Source of the DNA: an uncultured Phycisphaerales bacterium
GTDB taxonomy: Bacteria > Planctomycetota > Phycisphaerae > Sedimentisphaerales > Anaerobacaceae
Assembly (NCBI GenBank): GCA_963718665.1
Contig: OY970359.1
Location: 2,016,001-2,080,000 of the forward strand
Reading direction: 5' to 3'
Length of the DNA stretch: 64,000 nucleotides
The translations under genes and the position numbers were made by a program. How positions within the stretch are numbered: the stretch's first letter is position 1; each line of letters opens with the position of its first letter. The notes below the pieces were generated by a model that saw only the letters and a program-made list of their open reading frames with translations, did no database searches and was not told where the DNA came from. Positions 48,518 to 57,616 of this stretch are shown in pieces.

Positions 48518-49357
48518 TTATTTTCCGCCTAATTTTTTGCCGGATTTGGGCGGCAAATAATTCTCCGCAGAAACAATACGTCTGCCTGTTTTTTCTTCCA
48601 GTTCGAGGCGAGCTTTCCCTGCAATGCGTCTGCCTTTTTTGCCGGCCACTTCGTTTTCCGGCAATCCTCTGGCCTTCATAGTTTCAGCAATCTGACGGGT
48701 TGAAAGTTCCGCCAATGCGGTAAAAATCAATTCCGCTTCGCTCATATGGTCGCGCAGGTTCTGCGTCTTCAATCCTTTGATGTTTTTATGCTCTTTTACC
48801 GTTACGCCGGACCACTCTTGATGAATGATATTGGTGAGAATGGCAAACTCTTCGTCTTTTGTGATTTCGTGGTCTTTCCAGTAGTCGGTGAGCTTATTGC
48901 GGGTTTCCTGCCCCATCATCCGCTGCTGTATCCATTTTTCGCTGCGTCCGTGCTTTTGCCAGTTTTCTCTCGCTCTGTCAATCGACCTTGCCGGGTCGGC
49001 CATTTCCTGCATTCGCTCATAACCCACCTTGGCAAGCCATAGTTTAATCGGCTCGGCCTTGGGGCTTGGAACGGATTGAATCAGCCGCAGCAGGGTTTCG
49101 GGATTGGCAACATCGGTAAGGTATTTCTTCCCATCAGCCGCTTCTAATTTCAGTTGGTGACAATTTGTCACCGACTCACTGCCTTCCTTTCCTAACCGTT
49201 CTTTCAGCTTATTCCAGTACTTTCTGGCTGTTTGATAGTCCGGCTGCTGTATCAACGCCTGAATAATATCCACCACCGAAAAAAACCATGTTTCGGTCTT
49301 TTCATCGTATATCCGGCGGATTTTGTATCCTTCAAAAATCGCCAATGAGTTCGCCAT
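48518..49357 (-). CDS. Bro-N domain protein
   Basis: WFFSVVDII, ARKYWNKLK, QSVPSPKAEPIKLWLA, NLRDHMS. Confidence 0.88.
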   Translation of the reverse strand: MANSLAIFEGYKIRRIYDEKTETWFFSVVDIIQALIQQPDYQTARKYWNKLKERLGKEGSESVTNCHQLKLEAADGKKYLTDVANPETLLRLIQSVPSPKAEPIKLWLAKVGYERMQEMADPARSIDRARENWQKHGRSEKWIQQRMMGQETRNKLTDYWKDHEITKDEEFAILTNIIHQEWSGVTVKEHKNIKGLKTQNLRDHMSEAELIFTALAELSTRQIAETMKARGLPENEVAGKKGRRIAGKARLELEEKTGRRIVSAENYLPPKSGKKLGGK

Positions 49358-49771
49358 GGGATTCCCTTTAAAAACTCCTGCTTCCCTGTGTTTTCAACCG
49401 GTTACATTTTGTAACCGACTCACTTCCCTCTTTCCTTAAAAAACAGTTTTAACCAAACCCACTTTATCCCGTGAGATAACCTGTTCTCAGAAGGTCGAAA
49501 TACCATTATCGCATCCTAATTTGTCGCCAGTATATCCAAAGTATCGCATAGTATCTCATGGGGTAAACTATAGAATTTCAGAAAGGAAGTGTCAACCCTC
49601 CTTTGTTGAAATTACGGAGGGTAGGCGGTTGAGCATTTGAACAGTGGAACAGGAGAGGAAGGGAGAAGATAGTGTTTAGTTTTTAGTTAGAGGATTCGAC
49701 CGGAAGAAAAAAACATGCGGAATCCGTCCGCCGTAAGGCGAGACCTCGCCAAGGGCGGGCGTAATCAGCGT

Positions 49772-50101
49772 CTAAAAACGGGACAGGGTCTGTCGCAGCG
49801 AAGGCAAGTCGCTGTGGATGATTTGCCAGATAATCTGAAGGTCAATGCCGAAATAGTCGTGGATGATTCTATTTCGCAGGCCGACGACTTTATGCCATTC
49901 CACCTGCGAATGTTTTTCTTTGAAATCATCGGGCAGCCGATTCGCGGCCTCGCCAATAATCTCGAGGTTCCTGACGACGGCATCGATGGTTTTCTGGTCG
50001 TTTGAAAAAGATTCGAAAGACATTCCCTCGATATACTGAATGACGTGGTCGATTGCCTCGAGTATGTCGCTTAGCAGTAAATTGACGGGACGATTAGACA
50101 T
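49772..50101 (-). CDS. HepT-like (DUF86) HEPN ribonuclease toxin
   Basis: RNLEIIGEA, RNRIIHDY (RX4H). Confidence 0.9.
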   Translation of the reverse strand: MSNRPVNLLLSDILEAIDHVIQYIEGMSFESFSNDQKTIDAVVRNLEIIGEAANRLPDDFKEKHSQVEWHKVVGLRNRIIHDYFGIDLQIIWQIIHSDLPSLRQTLSRF

Positions 50102-50384
50102 AAATCAGTTCCGGCTCTATGTATTTCATCGCTTTGGGCGTAACCGCCCGGCTTGATACAAGGTCAACGGAAACGCCGAGCATCTGCTCGATTCTTTCCG
50201 CCAGTGTGACAAAATCCAGACCTATCGAAGGGTCAACCTCGACAAGTATATCCACATCGCTATCGACCCGCTGGTCGCCTCTGGCGTATGACCCGAATAA
50301 GGCCATTTTGCTGACCTTAAACTTTTTTTGCAGCTCGGGCTTATCTTTGGCGAGGGCTTTGAGTATCTCTTCTTTTGTTGTCAT
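50094..50384 (-). CDS. MntA-like minimal nucleotidyltransferase antitoxin
   Basis: FGSYARGDQRVDSDVD (GSX10DXD); overlaps the HEPN gene. Confidence 0.9.
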   Translation of the reverse strand: MTTKEEILKALAKDKPELQKKFKVSKMALFGSYARGDQRVDSDVDILVEVDPSIGLDFVTLAERIEQMLGVSVDLVSSRAVTPKAMKYIEPELIYV

Positions 50385-50507
50385 GGCTTCACTGTCCGAA
50401 ATAGTCGTTTTAATCGTATTCTCTGCCCGGCATTATAAATCTTTTCGCCTGTACGGTCAATCTTGCCGGGACGTTAATCACGAATTTAAATTCTTCGTGA
50501 TAAAACA

Positions 50508-50537
50508 AAAAAAGGCACGGTAAAATCCGTGCCTTTA
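50508..50537 (-). terminator. Rho-independent terminator
   Basis: AAAGGCACGG/CCGTGCCTTT stem with a T run on the minus strand. Confidence 0.75.
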
Positions 50538-50576
50538 CTGTACGCTGAACGCTATACGCTGTCCGCTACACGCTGA
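50538..50576. repeat. Heptamer array (CGCTNNN)x5
   Basis: CTGTACGCTGAACGCTATACGCTGTCCGCTACACGCTGA; sister array at 51338-51375. Confidence 0.8.
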
Positions 50577-50580
50577 TTAT

Positions 50581-51057
50581 TTAGTTGAGAATTGAGTCGC
50601 CTTCGGCCTGTCCGCAGGGGACCAGTCGCTTCATCTGTCGCTCATAGAGTATATTGTTCTGCTCGATGAGATGTGCGATGAGGCCGACCTCGCTGAGCAT
50701 AATCTCGATGAGGCCCATATTTGCCATAGTGGATTCGGGACTGTAGTTGGGCAGGACAACCATTATGTAGCCGCAATCGCTGCGTTCGGTGGCCAGACCT
50801 GTTATGACCAAACTGAAGTCGTTGACGTTTGCGATGATTGGTTCCTGGCCGTCGTTGATTTTGGCGCAAAGTTCTTTGATGTAGCCGTCGGTGATGCCTA
50901 ATTTTGTAAATCCTTCGGCGTCGCTCGGCCAGCAGTTGCCCTCTTTGCTGATAATTACCATCATTGGCCCTTCTTCAGGCAGCAAATCGAATACCTGGCG
51001 TGCAATCTGTTCGTTTAGGATGCAACTATGCGAATACGATGAGCCGAACATATCCAT
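50581..51057 (-). CDS. Hypothetical protein
   Basis: 158-aa ORF with AAAGGAG RBS. Confidence 0.65.
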   Translation of the reverse strand: MDMFGSSYSHSCILNEQIARQVFDLLPEEGPMMVIISKEGNCWPSDAEGFTKLGITDGYIKELCAKINDGQEPIIANVNDFSLVITGLATERSDCGYIMVVLPNYSPESTMANMGLIEIMLSEVGLIAHLIEQNNILYERQMKRLVPCGQAEGDSILN

Positions 51058-51376
51058 TGTCGATAGCTCCTTTAATAAAGTACCACAACAGTATCAGGAG
51101 CAACTTCGGCATTAGTTTAAGGCGACTTGTGGATGGGCGATTACCGGGGCGATGCCAGTATAAAAAAAGCCCTGCTGATGATTGATTGTGTTTTTATAGG
51201 ACGGTAGAAATACTCTCCGCTGTCTGCTTCGGCTGTCGTTTGGAATTTGATGTTTTGGTGCTTTGAGTTTGTTTAGGATTTATGGTTTAGAATTTAGGAT
51301 TTTGACCTGTCTTCTGCCTTCTCCCCTGCGTCTTATCTGTCCGCTGCACGCTATACGCTGTCCGCTGAACGCTGAT

Positions 51377-52027
51377 TTAATAGGAGATATTTGCCCTGAG
51401 CCAGTTCCACGGGAACCGTTTGCCCGGACAGTCGGTAACATGTCCGCCTGGAACGGAGCCGTGGCCAAAGACCCTGCTTTTTGGGATATGGTATCGCTGC
51501 TGGAGGAAGCGAATCAGTTTGGCGAGTGATTCCATTTGTCGGGAGGTTGGGGCGGAGTGGTTGAAGTCGCCAATTAAGCAGATTCCGATGCCTTCCTCGT
51601 TTGCCCAGTTTCCCGGCGTGCCGCCGCAGTGGGCGCCGGTCAATTGTCCTCTCCAGCGGTAAGTCGGCTCGACCTCGCCGTCGCCGCTGTCTGTGCCGTT
51701 GCCGATAACGAAATCGTAACCGACGCCGTTCCAGCCGTTGTTCTCGCGGTGCCATTTATCGATTATGGTCGCGTTGCCCTCTGTTGTTGCGGAATGATGA
51801 ATTATTATAGCTGACCAGGCCCTTTCCGTATGTGTCGGCATCCAGCCGCTCGGAACATTTCCGGGTAGCGGCATTGTCGGTCTTGGCTGATACGGTGAAG
51901 GCGTTGTTCTGGGCGGGACAGATGGCGGGGGGGGATAATTTTCATACACGATTTCCGGGCCTCGTTCCTCCTGGCCGCAACCGCTGAATATGAATACCCC
52001 TGAAAGAAGCCAAACCAATCGACGCAT
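51377..52027 (-). CDS. N-acetylmuramoyl-L-alanine amidase (Amidase_2/PGRP-like) lipoprotein
   Basis: FSGC lipobox; IIHHSAT, GYDFVIGNG, GAHC, IGICLIGDF, TDCPG. Confidence 0.88.
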   Translation of the reverse strand: MRRLVWLLSGVFIFSGCGQEERGPEIVYENYPPPPSVPPRTTPSPYQPRPTMPLPGNVPSGWMPTHTERAWSAIIIHHSATTEGNATIIDKWHRENNGWNGVGYDFVIGNGTDSGDGEVEPTYRWRGQLTGAHCGGTPGNWANEEGIGICLIGDFNHSAPTSRQMESLAKLIRFLQQRYHIPKSRVFGHGSVPGGHVTDCPGKRFPWNWLRANISY

Positions 52028-52084
52028 ATATATTATACCGTTTACACCTTTCTATAAGGATTCGAGACAGGATATTATCGGCTA

Positions 52085-52522
52085 TTAGTGGCTTTGGGCT
52101 GCACTTTTAAGGTGGCGTTTTTCTTTGTATCTTATCATTCGTAAGCTGTTGCCTTTTTTGCTGTATTCGAGGACGTCCATAAATGACCTCATCAGGAGCA
52201 TTCCTCTGCCTGCCGGCTTGTAGAGGTTGTCGCCGTATCGCGGGTCAGGGATTACTTCCGGGTCGAAACCTTCTCCCTCGTCGGTCATACATATCTCGAC
52301 TTTATCCGGCTCAATCGAATAATCGACCTTTATCGCCTTGCTCGGCTCCATTTTATTGCCGTGCTTCACTGCATTTGTAAAGGCCTCTTCGAGGGACAAA
52401 TGCACGGCAAAAATATCCTCTTCGCTAAAACCATTGGCCTGCAAACCGGGCCGGATTTGATTAAAGACGTCAACCACGGCGGAGGGAGTGCTTGCAATTA
52501 CGACTGACCGACTAATCGGCAT
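52085..52522 (-). CDS. Anti-sigma factor/Ser kinase (RsbW-like HATPase)
   Basis: EEAFTNAVKHGN, DEGEGFDP, GRGMLLM. Confidence 0.9.
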   Translation of the reverse strand: MPISRSVVIASTPSAVVDVFNQIRPGLQANGFSEEDIFAVHLSLEEAFTNAVKHGNKMEPSKAIKVDYSIEPDKVEICMTDEGEGFDPEVIPDPRYGDNLYKPAGRGMLLMRSFMDVLEYSKKGNSLRMIRYKEKRHLKSAAQSH

Positions 52523-52623
52523 AAATTCAACACCTGCTCATACGTATAAAACCACCCATAAAACCTATGGTACTGTAAACAGCCCAAACTACCGACGATA
52601 TGGCGTTCCGCATAGCCGATATT

Positions 52624-52992
52624 CTACTGTTCTTTCGTGAAACTCGCGGCGGCCTCTGCCCTGTCAGGTAATATATCGAAAATTTTGGTCAGGCGTGTTA
52701 TTTTGAAAATTTCGTAAATTCTCGGGCTGATATTGCAAAGACGAAGCTGGCCATTCTGTTCGTAAATTTTTTTGCTGACACGAATCAGGAGGCCCAGGAC
52801 GGCTGAAGAGAGGAATTTGACATTTGCAAAGTCAAGGATGAGATTGATTTTTTCGGACTGTTCAATAACCCCCATCAGCGATCCCTGAAGCTCGACGATA
52901 TCGCGCTCTTCAAGGATTTTTTCGTCGGTGAAGGTTACTATGGTTGCCTTTTCGCCATATTCAACGCTGACTCTTGGTTTTAATGACGCCAT
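52624..52992 (-). CDS. STAS anti-anti-sigma factor
   Basis: LDFANVKFLSSAVLG, EIFKITRL. Confidence 0.9.
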   Translation of the reverse strand: MASLKPRVSVEYGEKATIVTFTDEKILEERDIVELQGSLMGVIEQSEKINLILDFANVKFLSSAVLGLLIRVSKKIYEQNGQLRLCNISPRIYEIFKITRLTKIFDILPDRAEAAASFTKEQ

Positions 52993-53099
52993 AACAAAAT
53001 CTCCATAAAACAGCGGTTCCCACCCAAAAACTCAGGCCAAATGGGCAAAATAACAAATTTTGAGGAGCAAGGCAAAGGTTTTTCGGTTTTTTTGAATCA

Positions 53100-53460
53100 G
53101 CCACCCCCGCCGTTTTGCGAAGCAAAACGAGACGCGGGGGCAGGCGGAAGGGAGAAGGCGGAAGGGAGAAGGCAGATGACCGAGGACGGAAAGCAGGTTC
53201 TCAGGGGAACAGGGAATCAGGAAACATCGAATCCGCCAAGAGGATGGCGAGGTAAACCCTTAATAAATGTCCAATGTCCAATATTAAATGTTCAATGTCC
53301 AACCCGCCAGAGGCGAGGGAAGCATTAGGAAATGTCCAATCCGCCTTCGTTAACCCTCCGTCGCACTGTGTGTTATGTAGGGCAGGCACTATGGCGGATA
53401 AATGTCCAATATACAATGCCCAATGTTGAAGTTACCCCGCCAAACGGCAGGGGGTGAAAA
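53100..53460. repeat. Composite repeat region: heptamer arrays (AATGTCC) interleaved with CCGCC...GGCGG hairpins
   Basis: AAATGTCCAATGTCCAATATTAAATGTTCAATGTCCAA; several short GC hairpins. Confidence 0.7.
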
Positions 53461-53727
53461 TATTTTAAAAAAACACTTGAAATATAACAAGGGAATTGGT
53501 AGAAACTCCCAAATTCGACGTTTTTTTCTTAAAAAGTTGTTGCATTTGGCAATAGAAAATGAATAATGAGAGAATAATTTCGGAGCGGTTTTAGATAGAC
53601 CACACCAAAATCCGCTAAACGGCGGATAAATGTCCACACCCCTGGGCATAGGAAACGATTGACGTGCATGTGGGCACGGTGTGTAATTGAACATTATGTA
53701 TGGTTTTTTTAAATTAAGGAGTGTGCA

Positions 53728-54120
53728 ATGAAAATCAGTAGGTCAACGGGCTATGGGTTGTTGGCGGCGGGGTATATCGCCAAGAATGAGAAAGACGGGA
53801 TTGTGCTTTCACAAACGATTTCAAAGGAATACAACATACCACTGGAATATCTGCTGAAGATATTACAGCAGTTAGTGAGAGCCAATCTTCTCCGCAGCAA
53901 GCGCGGCCCTCGCGGCGGCTTTGTTCTTGCGAAGGCGGCAAACAAAATCACGATGCTCGAAATCATCGAGGCGGTTGACGGCCCGATGATGAGCCAGTTA
54001 AATCTTGATGAGCACTCAAAAGGCAAATTCAGCAACAAGGCGGAAAAGGCATACGAGAATGGTCTCACGGCGGCAAGGACAGTATATCAGAAGGTTTCGT
54101 TGTCCAGCTTGCTTTCGTAA
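53728..54120 (+). CDS. Rrf2-family transcriptional regulator
   Basis: YLLKILQQL, SKRGPRGGFVLA, EIIEAVDG. Confidence 0.9.
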   Translation: MKISRSTGYGLLAAGYIAKNEKDGIVLSQTISKEYNIPLEYLLKILQQLVRANLLRSKRGPRGGFVLAKAANKITMLEIIEAVDGPMMSQLNLDEHSKGKFSNKAEKAYENGLTAARTVYQKVSLSSLLS

Positions 54121-54238
54121 TGGCGGTTTGAAGACAGGAATATAAGCCGGCCGGAGAAGATATTTGCACAGACGACCCTGATGGGTATATTGCAGATGGC
54201 TTTTCCGGCCGGTTAATTTTTTGTAAGGAATATGTAAA

Positions 54239-54508
54239 ATGCACATCAAGGAATTTCAGGAGTTCATATCCGAGAAGTACGAGAAACGGGACAGGCAGCG
54301 CGGCGTGCCGAAGACGTTTTTGTGGTTTATAGAAGAGGTAGGGGAGCTGGCGACCGCGCTTGCGGGCAACGACGCGAAGAATAAGGGGGAGGAGTTCGCG
54401 GACGTTTTCGCGTGGCTCTGCACGCTGGCGAATATAAGCGACGTGGATTTGGAAAAGGCGTGCGAAAAATACACGAAGGGCAAGGTGAAGGGGTTTAAGC
54501 CGAAGTAG
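54239..54508 (+). CDS. MazG-like nucleotide pyrophosphohydrolase
   Basis: EEVGELA..EEFADV. Confidence 0.85.
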   Translation: MHIKEFQEFISEKYEKRDRQRGVPKTFLWFIEEVGELATALAGNDAKNKGEEFADVFAWLCTLANISDVDLEKACEKYTKGKVKGFKPK

Positions 54509-54512
54509 TAAT

Positions 54513-54732
54513 CCGTGACTCGTGACTCGTCACTCGTATTTCGGATTAAATAATTGTCGATCGGCGATTTGGGGATGAGGAATAAGCGATTTCGGATTGC
54601 GGATTGTAGATTTCGGATTTATAATTATGAATGAGGATTTCGCACCTTTGACTGGCAACAATTCCGCAAGGCATTTATGATTGACGATTGTCGAATGTCG
54701 ATTGAGAGATAAGGATTCCGTCGAAGGCGGAT
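54513..54732. repeat. Three heptamer arrays plus a hairpin
   Basis: CGTGACT, GATTTCG/GATTGCG and GATTGAC/GATTGTC units; TTCCGTCGAAGGCGGAT. Confidence 0.7.
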
Positions 54733-54841
54733 AAGAAAAAAAAACAAAAAAAAGGCAGGCAGGACAAAAAATAAAACGCCTTTATAAATATAAAGAAATG
54801 ATGAATAGCTATACCTAACTGTTGTTATAAAGAGCCCCATA

Positions 54842-56224
54842 ATGAAGATATCACAAGTTGAGCCTGATCCTAAAGATGCATGTCTATGTGGTTCAGGAAA
54901 GATATTCAAAAAATGTTGTAGAGACACATATAATACTGACATTAAAGACCATTTTTACGAATACTTCAACGACGGAAAATATAATGATGCCTTAAGAGCA
55001 TGCCGAAGCTGGATTACATGGTATATTCTATGTCACAGAGCACACACAGTTCCATTACTTAATAGTGGAGATCCCAAATCAGCTTATCTTCTTGAAATTG
55101 ATGTAGATGCCTTGAGTTATTTGGTTAGTTTACTTCATCGTTGTTATTATAAAACAGGCCAAAGTAAGCAGTTTCCTAAAGTGCTCGGAACTCTTTCAAA
55201 TGCAATTAAAGATTCACAATGGCAGAACATAATAGTCCGAGAGATGGCGTTCTGGCATTTAATTGATAACGATGATTCTAACCAAGCATTTAAAGAATTA
55301 GAGAAGATCGATATAAGTACATGTACTGACGTGGAGACGCTTACACTTTATTTAGATGTTTCACGGAATTCGACTTCATTTCGTGAAACAATAAATCTCA
55401 TCGACAGGATATTAGCAAATACCCATAAAGAAGATTATATTCTGCAATATGCAAGTTTAAAGGGTTTATCATATTGCTTGATAGGAGAGATCGAAGATGG
55501 ATGTAATATGATTGATGGCGCAATAGCCAGATATAAAAATTGTGAAGCAGGAAAAAAGACTGTTTATGGAAATTCCTTTCTTGCAAGTAACATGGCAATT
55601 CTCGGAGTGTTCAAAGATGATCCCAAGAAAATCACTGAGGCTATAGAAATATACACGAATCAATTAGACTCAGAGTCGTGGACTAATGAAGGGATATCTG
55701 TGCAGATGTATGAAATTGCTAAGTGTTATTCATGGCTAGGAAAATATGATGAATCTATAAAATATTATAATATGAGTTTGCAAAAAGAATCTTCTGAAAT
55801 CACAAAGGTATTTTTTGCAAGGTCTTTAATTAATTCAGGTGCTATCAAAGAGGGGCGAGAACTGCTAGTTTCGATACGAAAAGACGATTTTGATGATGCA
55901 GGCAATTATGACTATGCGATATCATGGTCAGTTCTCGCATTTAATTCGAAAGAAAAGAGTGACATTGATCATGCGAAAGAAATGATTAATCAAGCGAAAG
56001 GGCGACATCCTCTTTTCGAAAATCAAAAAAGAGAAATATTACTAAACTTAAGTGAGTTGAAACCTACGTCTAGCGATACTTTTATTAAAAAAGTTTTAAA
56101 GTCGCTTAATCGTTATATTCTTTTGCGGCCAAGTATATTCGGGGTTGGAATAAATATAAATAGGATCATTGAGGATACAGAACCAAAAATACTACGCCCG
56201 ACCAACCATGATGGTAATGAATAA
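54842..56224 (+). CDS. SEC-C motif + TPR-like protein, AT-rich
   Basis: CLCGSGKIFKKCC; helical repeats; visibly low GC. Confidence 0.75.
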   Translation: MKISQVEPDPKDACLCGSGKIFKKCCRDTYNTDIKDHFYEYFNDGKYNDALRACRSWITWYILCHRAHTVPLLNSGDPKSAYLLEIDVDALSYLVSLLHRCYYKTGQSKQFPKVLGTLSNAIKDSQWQNIIVREMAFWHLIDNDDSNQAFKELEKIDISTCTDVETLTLYLDVSRNSTSFRETINLIDRILANTHKEDYILQYASLKGLSYCLIGEIEDGCNMIDGAIARYKNCEAGKKTVYGNSFLASNMAILGVFKDDPKKITEAIEIYTNQLDSESWTNEGISVQMYEIAKCYSWLGKYDESIKYYNMSLQKESSEITKVFFARSLINSGAIKEGRELLVSIRKDDFDDAGNYDYAISWSVLAFNSKEKSDIDHAKEMINQAKGRHPLFENQKREILLNLSELKPTSSDTFIKKVLKSLNRYILLRPSIFGVGININRIIEDTEPKILRPTNHDGNE

Positions 56225-56301
56225 GATAGATATCGGTAGTTATCTATTAATTAAATTTTCTTTTCTCAACTCAAAATAATTTCTCCGACTGTTTTTTGTT
56301 T

Positions 56302-57579
56302 TTAGTATGCCAGATAGTCGTTTGCTTTGGTTAATAGCGAGGTGGATTTGCCGAGGTCGGAGATGGTTTTTATTTTGGCGGATTTACGCAACTCAATGAT
56401 ACGCTCAACGGTGATTTGTCCGAGGCCGGGGACACGCAAAAGCTCATCTTTTGAGGCCTTGTTTATATCGACGGGGAAATACTGCGGATTGCGTTTGGCC
56501 CAGGATTCTTTTGGGTCGGTATCGAGAGGCAAATTGCCCTGCTGGTCGAAAATGATGTCGGATTCGGAGAAGCCATATTTGCGCAGGAGGAAATCGACCT
56601 GGTAAAGGCGGTGTTCGCGCACGAACGAAGCGTCGATAGTCGATAGTTGATAGTCGTTAGTTGATAGTTTATGGTAGTTAGTTGATAGTCGATAGTCAGT
56701 TGACGATTGGTCGTCCGTCTTCCATCCTTCGCCCTTAAGGGGCTTCGGAGGACAGGTCGCTTTTGCTTCGGCGGATAAATGTTCGCGAGGGGTAAACAGA
56801 TTATTCGAATCTGAGTCACCGATTTTCTGGTATGCGCTGAAGTAGATTCTGCGGAGGTTGAGGCGGTCATAAAGCCCCCACATATATTTGACAATCTCGG
56901 AGTCGGTTTCGTCGGCGGCGCCGACGATAAACTGGGTGGTTTGTTTGACTCTTTCGTATTTATTGCCCCGGCCTGTAAGGCGGCTGATGAGCTTAATCGG
57001 TTCAACGATATCCTCTATAAATCGTTTTTTGTCGGAAAGTTTGGCGAGATATTTTGCGCCGGGGGTTTCGATATTGAGCGAGACGGCGCTTGAGAGTTTT
57101 ACGGCTTCCTCGATTGCGTTTGCGCTTGCGCCGGGGATGACCTTGAGGTGGATGTAGCCACGGTAGTTGCGACGATAGCGGAGGATTTTGGCGATTCGGT
57201 TGAGGCGTTCCATAGTGGCGTCGGGAGTGCCGAGGACGCCTGAGCTGAGGAACAGGCCAAAGACCTCGCCTCGCTTGTGGTAATCGAGAAAGGTGTTTAC
57301 GGTTTCTTCTTCGTTAAGGGTGCATCGGCGGACGTCCTGGTTGGCGCGGAGGGGGCAGTATTTGCAGTCGTTGGAGCAAACGTTGGAGACGAGGGTTTTG
57401 AAGAGGACGCTGGAGCCGCCATTAGGGAGGGTTACAGGATAAATCCAGTTTCCTTTTGCCCCTCGCCTGCGGCGCTCATCGTTTTTGCATCCGCAGGCGC
57501 ATGCCAAATCGTATTGTGCGTCGGCGCTGAGTATTTCCAGCTTTTGCTTAGTATCAGGGACGCTTATTACGGCGGTCAT
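56302..57579 (-). CDS. Putative DNA modification/repair radical SAM protein (TIGR03916-like) with HhH tail
   Basis: KLEILSADAQYD, CSNDCKYC, GLFLSSG, YIHLKVIPG, REHRLYQ, LLRVPGLG. Confidence 0.88.
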   Translation of the reverse strand: MTAVISVPDTKQKLEILSADAQYDLACACGCKNDERRRRGAKGNWIYPVTLPNGGSSVLFKTLVSNVCSNDCKYCPLRANQDVRRCTLNEEETVNTFLDYHKRGEVFGLFLSSGVLGTPDATMERLNRIAKILRYRRNYRGYIHLKVIPGASANAIEEAVKLSSAVSLNIETPGAKYLAKLSDKKRFIEDIVEPIKLISRLTGRGNKYERVKQTTQFIVGAADETDSEIVKYMWGLYDRLNLRRIYFSAYQKIGDSDSNNLFTPREHLSAEAKATCPPKPLKGEGWKTDDQSSTDYRLSTNYHKLSTNDYQLSTIDASFVREHRLYQVDFLLRKYGFSESDIIFDQQGNLPLDTDPKESWAKRNPQYFPVDINKASKDELLRVPGLGQITVERIIELRKSAKIKTISDLGKSTSLLTKANDYLAY

Positions 57580-57616
57580 AGGACACCTTCCGTGGCGTAT
57601 TTTACCCGCTATTTAA

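Noticed and set aside
49399..49417. Nitrogen-activator box upstream of Bro-N
   Set aside because: Spacer is N3 rather than N4, no sigma54 promoter is nearby, and it is explained as a copy of the coding palindrome
49145..49440. Diversity-generating retroelement TR/VR pair
   Set aside because: Only about 45 bp, differences are not confined to adenines, and no reverse transcriptase is present
45073..50384. Prophage
   Set aside because: HNH-AP2 and Bro-N occur without integrase, structural or replication genes
45823..56710. CRISPR array
   Set aside because: Repeats are short tandem units without unique spacers; no cas genes
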